14,286 nt of DNA from Pseudobdellovibrio sp. (lineage in GTDB: Bacteria; Bdellovibrionota; Bdellovibrionia; Bdellovibrionales; Bdellovibrionaceae). The notes under the pieces were generated by a model. The model did not search any database, was not told the origin of the DNA, and saw only the letters and a program-made list of their open reading frames with translations. Position 1 is the first letter of the stretch, and each line of letters opens with the position of its first letter. The translations under genes and the position numbers were made by a program. The stretch covers positions 1 to 14,286 of the forward strand of contig JAYVIY010000042.1 of assembly GCA_043769795.1 (NCBI GenBank), in the 5' to 3' direction. Shown piece by piece: positions 7,898 through 14,286 of the stretch.

Positions 7898-10800
7898 TAG
7901 AAACCTCCTGTCGTTTGATCAAGTTCAGTGATACTGATCTTTGATTTTTCAGCAAAGACACTGATCAGACCGTTGGCGTAAGGATGCTTTTTGCTTGGCT
8001 CACCATAAACATTTGAAACGTAGACTCCGTCATCGCCGTCTTCGTCTCCGGATCTAAATCCGGTCACCTCAAGATAGTAGATGAACTTTTCAGGTCCGAG
8101 ATAGTTCAACAGCGATGCTTGAGGTATTTTTTGGTCGATAACATAGAGTACTTCGGCCATCCACTTATTTTGTTCTCTCAGATTATCCGCCGGGAATTTT
8201 CGGGATAATTTAATTAATTGCTCAACCCAAGGCTCCATGCACTCGTAACCGGTGCCATTGAGCCAAGTGTAGGCAACCTTATCTTCTTTGTTCTGAAGAC
8301 ACTGTGCCATATAAACTTCTTGACCGGCTTTTTCATCGCCATTACCGATAATTTTAATCAAATTTTTGAATAATTCACCGTCCTGAGGCGCGACTTTATC
8401 ACCGAGCTTCTCGCTCAATTTCTGAAAGAGCCTAGAAACAAATTTTCTCTTTTGAACTGGGTCAAGAGTTACTCCGGCAGAAAGCATCAGATCTTTTATT
8501 TGCTTGATCCCGTCCGGTAAAACCGACAAATGCGATGTCACTCGGAAGAAATCGACTTTTTTCACATGGGCCAGTGCGCCTTCCGGAATCAGTGGAAAGT
8601 CTGCGAAATTAATTCCTTTGGTTTTAAGTTTTGCTTGTTCGAGAATTGAATCCATATCCGCTTTTTTCAGACTCCAGCCACCCCATACGTGTTCAATGAC
8701 CGCCACCGAAGGAAGCGCACCCGGCCGATTCTGTGTCAATTCGGTATCTGATCTCACTGTTGTCCACTCGGCTTTACCGAACGGCATCTGCGAAGGATTC
8801 TGAGAAGGCGTACCTAATGATGAAGGCGCGTTGGCTCCGAATTTCTGCTTTAAATAGCCATCACCCAACTCAAGCGCAAATCCGAACTTATCACTGCCAC
8901 TGAGATTTCCTTTTTTATAGGTTACGACTTTGACCGGTTCATTGATAACCTTTACACCATTGATATCCGTCGGCATTTCTGGTTTTTTAATAGTTAATAA
9001 ATGCTCCTCTTTAAGTTGGCTTGATCGCAACCAAAGCAACTTCATCCTTAATTCATGGGCCTTTAACTCGTGGTCTACGGCATACATCTGATATTTGAAA
9101 TTGTCCTCGAGCGCTTCAGAATTTGATTCAACAAGTAATGATCGCAAGGCCAAAGCCGCTTTGTTTCCGAAATTTTTCATTTTGTCGACTTTTTTCTGTA
9201 ACTCTTCATCCGGAATCACATCTAAACTATCAACTTTAGAAATCAATTCCGAGTTGTAATTAATCAGAAATACTTTTGTGTGCAAATCAAGTTTTGTATT
9301 CTGAGATCTGATCTTCAATAGATTAATAAAATAATTCACATTGAATTCTAAACCGAAGGCCTTATTGTTTTGGTTTCGGATATAAACCTGAAGCCCTTCA
9401 GGTGTCTTAATAAACTGAATCTGTCTTAGAATAACCTTGTTCGCATCCGCTGAGAAACCTACAGTGGGTTTCATCACCGAGGCAAAGCCGATCAATGCAT
9501 CAAGCCCGGTGGTGAATCCGATTCGTGCCGACAGACCAATGGAATCAGTGATGGTAAAGACCTCTCCGACTTTTAAAGCATTTAAAAACTCTGTCAGTTT
9601 TCCGTCCTTCAAGGGGCCGGTTAACTTTTTTAATTTAGTGGGAATGTACATATCACGCTTCGGTACTTTAAGCGCATCGTCCATATTTGATATCGGGGTC
9701 ACATGCACAAAGTTTCGCATGTAAGATACGCCACCGCCGAACGCCGTGTCGATTCCGTTTAAACCATCTAAAATATGCATGTAACCGGCACTGGCTGAAA
9801 GCGTAAGACTGTCTACGACTTGCACTGCCGCTTGACTGCCATAATATGTTCCGGTGGTAACTATTCGATTGGCTGTTGCATTGGCTCCGATACTTACAAC
9901 TTCGGCATCAACCAAGGGTTTCACGCCGGTAGGGCCCACTTCAATACCAATTATATTCTGATTCAAAACCTGTTGAGTTTCTAACTTGCTCGAAAACTGA
10001 CTTAGAATAGTTTCAATAATATTTGATTGAGCTCTGACTTTCAGATATTTCAAAAAGTCGCCTGATTCAAAAGGCGATTGTCTTTCACCATGAGAAAAAC
10101 GCTGCGGATAGCCGGCAATTTCCTGAGTCATCACTTTGCCTTTAACGACGACCTTATCTGCTGAAGTGATATCCAGTGAGGGTATCTGAACTTGGTTCAA
10201 TTGTTCAACTTCAGATTTAGTAAAAAATGTTTCAAGCATATTGTGGTAGCGATGCAATAACTTAGCTTTAACTAATTCTTGTAATTGCTGAGGATAAGAA
10301 GCAGCAGCAACGATTTCGTTCCAGTCTTTGTCGGTTAATTCCGACATTTTTCTTAAAATCCATCGGACGTCATCGTAAGACGTAATGCTGTCAAAGTCGG
10401 TACTGAAAGCAAAATTCAAGTAAGCCCATCCACCGCGCACAGTCACTGACTGAGCCGCGAAACGATTGATACTTTCACCGGCGTCGGCGATGACATAAGG
10501 AACAATCAAAGCACGATAGGCACGAGATTGAGCGTAAAGTGAAATTGTATTATTATTTGAAGGCGTCAGGCCATCAAACAGATTCGGCACTTCTGAGTTC
10601 ATCTTTTCTAAATAGGAACCATGGACGATCACAGAAAATTCACTCTCATTTTTTTCAGATAGAAAGCCACGGCTTTCCGGATCAATCGACAAACAACTGA
10701 TAGCGGTGTCATTGGGGCCAGCAACGCAAAATGCCTGCAAAATAAAACTATTCAGTTCTTCCAGACTTTTAAATTTCAATTTTACCGATTGCAGATATTT

Positions 10801-11277
10801 CGGAGACTCCTGATACACTCCGATTTTTCTAAGTAACGCCGCTTTAAGTAAACTTGCATGCACTTGTAAACCTGATTTCAAGCGATAGACTTCATCCGGA
10901 TGAGCGGCTCCCCGCACATTAATAGCATACATACCGAGCTCCCGCACAACACCCACAAAACTGTCAAAAACCAAACCCTCACTTGGCGATGGCATCTGGG
11001 CATGCAGGTTTTCGTCAAGTGCAGTATTATTCTTGAGATCGGTGTTTTGCCAAAATTTGTTCTCAGTTGGATTGATTCTCGACAGATCTATCTTTTTATC
11101 AAATTGAGATTTAATGTCCGACACCGATAGTTTTTTACCGTTAGCATCCACCAGATCGAAAGCCGGTTTGGTGAGTGTTTTTAAGGGGATACGAACAATG
11201 TTGTCTTGAGCCATTGATGCGGATGCCCAGCAAACCACTAATCCGAAAACCAATTGATATAAATTTCGAAAATTCAT
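7897..11277 (-). CDS. Large secreted hypothetical protein (1126 aa) with signal peptide; no recognisable catalytic or domain signature; co-transcribed and translationally coupled with the downstream S8 protease
   Basis: Complete ORF with a GAGGT SD 5 nt upstream of the ATG (complement of 11275..11277). The N-terminus MNFRNLYQLVFGLVVCWASASMAQD is a signal peptide with an AxA-like cleavage site. The reading frame is long and uninterrupted, with only short antisense ORFs, and the stop overlaps the protease start (TAATG). I cannot match the sequence to any family from memory. Confidence 0.8.
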   Translation of the reverse strand: MNFRNLYQLVFGLVVCWASASMAQDNIVRIPLKTLTKPAFDLVDANGKKLSVSDIKSQFDKKIDLSRINPTENKFWQNTDLKNNTALDENLHAQMPSPSEGLVFDSFVGVVRELGMYAINVRGAAHPDEVYRLKSGLQVHASLLKAALLRKIGVYQESPKYLQSVKLKFKSLEELNSFILQAFCVAGPNDTAISCLSIDPESRGFLSEKNESEFSVIVHGSYLEKMNSEVPNLFDGLTPSNNNTISLYAQSRAYRALIVPYVIADAGESINRFAAQSVTVRGGWAYLNFAFSTDFDSITSYDDVRWILRKMSELTDKDWNEIVAAASYPQQLQELVKAKLLHRYHNMLETFFTKSEVEQLNQVQIPSLDITSADKVVVKGKVMTQEIAGYPQRFSHGERQSPFESGDFLKYLKVRAQSNIIETILSQFSSKLETQQVLNQNIIGIEVGPTGVKPLVDAEVVSIGANATANRIVTTGTYYGSQAAVQVVDSLTLSASAGYMHILDGLNGIDTAFGGGVSYMRNFVHVTPISNMDDALKVPKRDMYIPTKLKKLTGPLKDGKLTEFLNALKVGEVFTITDSIGLSARIGFTTGLDALIGFASVMKPTVGFSADANKVILRQIQFIKTPEGLQVYIRNQNNKAFGLEFNVNYFINLLKIRSQNTKLDLHTKVFLINYNSELISKVDSLDVIPDEELQKKVDKMKNFGNKAALALRSLLVESNSEALEDNFKYQMYAVDHELKAHELRMKLLWLRSSQLKEEHLLTIKKPEMPTDINGVKVINEPVKVVTYKKGNLSGSDKFGFALELGDGYLKQKFGANAPSSLGTPSQNPSQMPFGKAEWTTVRSDTELTQNRPGALPSVAVIEHVWGGWSLKKADMDSILEQAKLKTKGINFADFPLIPEGALAHVKKVDFFRVTSHLSVLPDGIKQIKDLMLSAGVTLDPVQKRKFVSRLFQKLSEKLGDKVAPQDGELFKNLIKIIGNGDEKAGQEVYMAQCLQNKEDKVAYTWLNGTGYECMEPWVEQLIKLSRKFPADNLREQNKWMAEVLYVIDQKIPQASLLNYLGPEKFIYYLEVTGFRSGDEDGDDGVYVSNVYGEPSKKHPYANGLISVFAEKSKISITELDQTTGGF

Positions 11278-11436
11278 TTTAACCTCATCTGATTTTAAAT
11301 AATGCTAAAGCAATGCCCTTTTTTTGTCTCATCATGAGACAGAGTAAAATCAGAACGTTCTGGTTTTTCTAACTACTTATATGTTGTTAAACCCAAGTAG
11401 CATTTGCTATGCATAGTAACGTCCGGAGAAAATTGA
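11278..11436. promoter_or_regulatory. Divergent promoter/operator region between the minus-strand secreted-protein/protease operon and the plus-strand PKS operon; contains three perfect palindromes
   Basis: This is a 159-bp non-coding gap between divergent start codons (11277 on - and 11437 on +). The palindromes are GTCTCATcATGAGAC (11326..11340, 7-1-7), CAGAACGTTCTG (11351..11362, 12-bp perfect) and CTATGCATAG (11407..11416, 10-bp perfect). The region is AT-rich. I could not pin down convincing sigma70 -35/-10 hexamers. Confidence 0.45.
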
Positions 11437-12549
11437 ATGCACACCATACTGACAAATTTTCAAATGATTAAGCCCCCGCATGAAAAGAAGCAGGCCGTTT
11501 TGAATAAATGGCTCACCGACTGCCACTTACGAGCTGAACAAGCAAGGACCGGCAGCGCCGAGAGGATCAGCTCGCTCTTTAGCCGTTATACGGTAAAAGA
11601 AAGTCAAATTTCAAAGCGGTCTTTTGAATGCGCCGACATTCTGGAAGACGAGGTCTGGCAAACAAATAAAATCTACAGGGTTACTTCTGATACTCCGTCC
11701 GGAGTATCAATTTCAGAACGAAATCAGTTTTTTGCTGAGCGAGCCCTCTCAGTTATGCACGATTTCTATTCATTTGATTCAAAAATTCCTGATCATTTAA
11801 TTCATGTAACCTGCACGGGCTATGTCGCACCCAATGCGGCTCAGTTGGTCGTAGCCGAAAAAAAATGGTCCACGCAAATTACTAACGCCTATCACATGGG
11901 TTGTTACGCCGCACTTCCGGCTATCCGTATCGCAAATGCTTTGGTGAAAAGCTCAGAAGCCGAAAACTACAAGGTCGATGTTATTCATAATGAAATGTGT
12001 GGTCTGCATTTAAACCCTCCAGATCACAGCCCCGAACAGATTGTCGTACAAAGCCTTTTCGCCGATGGGCATATTAAATACTCAATTCTCAGTGAAAACC
12101 AAAAACCTGCGTGTGGTTTACGACTGCTTGCAATTAGAGAAATGCTGATTCCAGAATCTGCAAACGACATGAGTTGGCAACCCAATGCGTGGGGTATGAA
12201 AATGACACTTTCACGTGAGGTGCCTTCAAAAATTCAGCGATGCCTTCTTCCATTTCTACAGACTTTATGGCCCGAGAGAACCGCTGATCTTTTGAAAAGT
12301 GCAAGATTCGCTATTCACCCGGGAGGCCCGAAAATTATTGAATCCGTGCAGACTACACTTGAAATTCGCGATGACCAGTGCGCCGAAAGTAAAAAAATTC
12401 TTTTCGAACGCGGAAATATGTCATCGGCGACTCTGCCGCATATCTGGCAAGAAATTTTAGCCGGCTCTCAGCCTTCAGGCCAAAAAGTGGTAAGCCTTGC
12501 ATTCGGCCCGGGCCTGACGCTTTTCGGTGCCGTTTTTGAGGTCGTATGA
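11437..12549 (+). CDS. Type III polyketide synthase (chalcone/stilbene synthase superfamily), 370 aa
   Basis: Complete ORF with a GGAG SD 8 nt upstream. The Cys-His-Asn catalytic triad sits in conserved contexts. These are HMGCYAALPAIRIA (Cys156, nt 11902..11904), FAIHPGGPKIIESV (His294, nt 12316..12318) and ERGNMSSATLPHIW (Asn327, nt 12415..12417). The latter two match the type III PKS motifs HPGG and GNMSSA. The C-terminal FGPGLT motif is typical, and the N-terminal region has PP-x-x-x-Q as in CHS-like enzymes. Confidence 0.9.
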   Translation: MHTILTNFQMIKPPHEKKQAVLNKWLTDCHLRAEQARTGSAERISSLFSRYTVKESQISKRSFECADILEDEVWQTNKIYRVTSDTPSGVSISERNQFFAERALSVMHDFYSFDSKIPDHLIHVTCTGYVAPNAAQLVVAEKKWSTQITNAYHMGCYAALPAIRIANALVKSSEAENYKVDVIHNEMCGLHLNPPDHSPEQIVVQSLFADGHIKYSILSENQKPACGLRLLAIREMLIPESANDMSWQPNAWGMKMTLSREVPSKIQRCLLPFLQTLWPERTADLLKSARFAIHPGGPKIIESVQTTLEIRDDQCAESKKILFERGNMSSATLPHIWQEILAGSQPSGQKVVSLAFGPGLTLFGAVFEVV

Positions 12550-12992
12550 AAATCATTTTTCTAGTTACGTTTTTTTTGCAGGCCGGTTTGCTTTTTTTCG
12601 ATGAAATGGTCTTTCACCGAAAACGCGGCTTACCACTTTGGGAAAAAATTGGTCATCCGCTAGATAGTTTTTCGGTTTTAAGCTGTTACCTCTTTCTCTG
12701 TTTTTCAGATTTTAATGATTTCAACTTGGTTGTCTATTCGGTTCTATCAGTATTTTCCTGTTTTTTGATAACCAAAGATGAATTCATTCATAAAGAACTT
12801 TCATCGGCTTCTGAGAACTGGCTGCATTCGGTTTTATTCATGCTTCACCCGGTTACGCTTTTTTCGGCCGGTTCGCTGTGGGCTGAAAATTTAGAAAAAT
12901 TCTATTTCGCAGGAGCGGCACTTTCGGTTTTAGTATTCATGCTTTATCAGATTCTATACTGGAGTTTCTATGAAAAACGACTCAGTCGATAA
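12546..12992 (+). CDS. Small polytopic membrane protein (148 aa, ~4 predicted TM helices), unknown family; translationally coupled to the PKS (ATGA overlap) and overlapped by the downstream methyltransferase gene
   Basis: The ORF start overlaps the PKS stop (ATGA at 12546..12549). Hydrophobic segments are IIFLVTFFLQAGLLFF, FSVLSCYLFLCF, LVVYSVLSVFSCFLI and LSVLVFMLYQILYW. No ICMT-type (RHPxY...EE) or other motif was recognised. No independent SD is evident, which is consistent with coupling. Confidence 0.55.
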   Translation: MKIIFLVTFFLQAGLLFFDEMVFHRKRGLPLWEKIGHPLDSFSVLSCYLFLCFSDFNDFNLVVYSVLSVFSCFLITKDEFIHKELSSASENWLHSVLFMLHPVTLFSAGSLWAENLEKFYFAGAALSVLVFMLYQILYWSFYEKRLSR

Positions 12993-13731
12993 TACAATTT
13001 ACGATGTTTACGAAGACCGCTGGTACACCGCCTTCGATGACCCGGTGGCACTGCTGAGAGCCGAGTCCGTTGTTAAAACTAAATGGACTATCGAGCAAAT
13101 TGAATCAAAATTTAAAAGTTTAGCCAAAGTGAGCCTACTCGATGTGGGTTGCGGCGGAGGTTTTTTAAGCAATGCACTGGCAAAAACTTCTATGTCTATT
13201 ACCGCCGTTGACCTCTCTGAAACCAGTCTGGCCACCGCTTCAAGATTTGACGAAACAAAGCGAGTCAACTACTTGGTGGCCGATGCCTATCATCTTCCGT
13301 TTGCTGACGCCAGCTTTGAAGTCATCACCGCGATGGATTTTCTAGAACATGTTGAAAACCCACAATTAGTCATTCAGGAATTTTCGCGTGTACTGAAGCC
13401 CGGGGGGCTTTTTATTTTTCATACTTTCAATCGAAACTGGGTTGCCGGTCTGGTGGTGATAAAACTTGTTGAGTGGCTCGTAAAGAATACACCGAAAAAT
13501 ATGCATGTCTTAAGATTATTCATCAAACCCTCTGAGCTCAATCGATTTTGCAATCGCGCCCATATGAAAGTTAGCGCATGGTCAGGCATCAAACCGGTGC
13601 TCAGTACAATTACAATCAAGAGTATTTTCACCGGTGTAGTACCAAAAGAACTTCGTTTTGAGCTCACAAAATCAATGATGATTTCCTATATCGGAGCCGC
13701 AGAAAAAGAGCAATTACATACAGCGCTTTAA
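12970..13731 (+). CDS. Class I SAM-dependent O-methyltransferase, UbiG/Coq3-like (253 aa)
   Basis: A GGAG SD lies 5 nt upstream of the ATG at 12970, and the gene overlaps the previous gene by 23 nt. SAM motif I is LDVGCGGGFLSNAL (nt ~13135..13176). The post-I acidic residue is in AVDLSE. Motif II is DASFEVITAMDFLEHV and motif III is VLKPGGLFIFHTFNRN. The C-terminal FIKPSEL block resembles the FIKPAEL block of E. coli UbiG. Overall the sequence is colinear with UbiG (VLDVGCGGGIL ... LVKPGG.VFFSTLNRN ... KFIKPAEL). Confidence 0.85.
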   Translation: MKNDSVDNTIYDVYEDRWYTAFDDPVALLRAESVVKTKWTIEQIESKFKSLAKVSLLDVGCGGGFLSNALAKTSMSITAVDLSETSLATASRFDETKRVNYLVADAYHLPFADASFEVITAMDFLEHVENPQLVIQEFSRVLKPGGLFIFHTFNRNWVAGLVVIKLVEWLVKNTPKNMHVLRLFIKPSELNRFCNRAHMKVSAWSGIKPVLSTITIKSIFTGVVPKELRFELTKSMMISYIGAAEKEQLHTAL

Positions 13732-14115
13732 GCCGCCTTCATTGCCCTTGATCAGCTTAAAAGTACGCGCCGGAGTCTTTGAAATTTTCATTGTCAAAGT
13801 CATGAGGCCTTTGAGCTGATTGATATTAGCTGTATAGCCTGCTTCTACGGGTTGCGGATTTCTACCTGATGGTGGTCTAAAACCTGTGCGCTGAGTATAT
13901 GTGCCTTTCGCTGAAATCCGACTTTGATTCATCGGCCATCTTCCAGCCGGTACCTGACCTGTAGCGCAATCAAAACTCAGTACAGCACTTTGATCTTCCA
14001 TCACGTAAAGCACTAGGCCATCGCTACCCCAGGTTTCAGTTACTAATGGAGGTTGCGAAGCATTGAGCGTGTTAACAGAAAGCATTGTGAATAGAACGAT
14101 AATCAAATTTTTCAT
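13714..14115 (-). CDS. Small secreted hypothetical protein (133 aa) with signal peptide
   Basis: Complete ORF with an AGAGGA SD ~6 nt upstream of the ATG (complement of 14113..14115). The N-terminus MKNLIIVLFTMLSVNTLNA is followed by SQPP, a typical Sec signal. The mature part is Gly/Pro/Thr-rich with two Cys. The 3' end overlaps the convergent methyltransferase gene by 18 nt. No family was recognised. Confidence 0.5.
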   Translation of the reverse strand: MKNLIIVLFTMLSVNTLNASQPPLVTETWGSDGLVLYVMEDQSAVLSFDCATGQVPAGRWPMNQSRISAKGTYTQRTGFRPPSGRNPQPVEAGYTANINQLKGLMTLTMKISKTPARTFKLIKGNEGGLKRCM

Positions 14116-14286
14116 AAGAATCCTCTTTTTAGCTGCAAGCTAGCAGTCATCCTAAAGAATTAAAAGTGTCAGGATTCAAACATGTAAAACGTACCCGAAT
14201 TCAGAATAATTTTTTTAACAAGAGAATGGCACCGAATAGAACCGGCTGATGAACTAAATAATAACTTAAACTGTAACGACCTAAAC

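Noticed and set aside
9040-9062. HELKAH in the 1126-aa protein as a possible zinc-metalloprotease motif
   Set aside because: The spacing is HExxxH, not the HExxH required for zincin peptidases, and there is no downstream Glu/His third ligand context. It is most likely coincidental.
5906-10900. Antisense ORFs 5906..6349, 7025..7297, 8504..8803, 9437..9724, 10900..11130 within the protease and 1126-aa genes
   Set aside because: They lie opposite to two long ORFs with strong coding evidence: signal peptides, S8 catalytic motifs, and SD-coupled starts. They are typical shadow ORFs in AT-rich codon position 3.
12353-13667. Minus-strand ORFs 12353..12556, 13008..13268, 13419..13667
   Set aside because: They are antisense to the type III PKS and methyltransferase genes, whose catalytic motifs are intact. 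The products are low complexity.
1-14286. Mobile elements, CRISPR arrays, tRNA/rRNA genes, known defence-system genes
   Set aside because: I found no direct repeats with regular spacers, no cloverleaf-capable tRNA-like segments in the short intergenic regions, and no integrase/transposase/recombinase-like ORFs. I found no nuclease, ATPase, Sir2 or TIR signatures. The window looks like ordinary but accessory-rich chromosome rather than an island.

Overview
No CRISPR arrays, rRNA/tRNA genes, transposase/integrase genes or obvious tandem DNA repeats were seen. The window is dense protein-coding chromosome with moderate A+T richness and no recognisable mobile-element hallmarks, organised as five gene blocks. 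(i) 1..2460 (-) is a 3'-truncated gene for a large secreted repeat protein with a C-terminal VWA domain. A DUF2177 membrane-protein gene lies upstream of it. (ii) 3102..4764 (+) is a two-gene module: an SPFH/band-7 protein with a C-terminal zinc ribbon (B. subtilis YdjI / COG4260-like), then a zinc-ribbon + TPR-like protein. (iii) 4802..11277 (-) is a TAATG-coupled operon. It encodes an unrecognisable 1126-aa secreted protein followed by a secreted S8 subtilisin-like protease that lacks a propeptide and has a ~600-aa C-terminal extension. (iv) 11437..13731 (+) is a tightly overlapping three-gene operon: type III polyketide synthase, small polytopic membrane protein, UbiG/Coq3-like SAM O-methyltransferase. 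(v) 13714..14115 (-) is a small convergent secreted-protein gene. The 159-bp divergent intergenic region between (iii) and (iv) carries three perfect palindromes. The three candidate functional modules are the SPFH-ZnR pair, the giant-protein/subtilase pair and the PKS-MT operon. None can be assigned a proven function from sequence alone. I see no clear evidence of a defence island.
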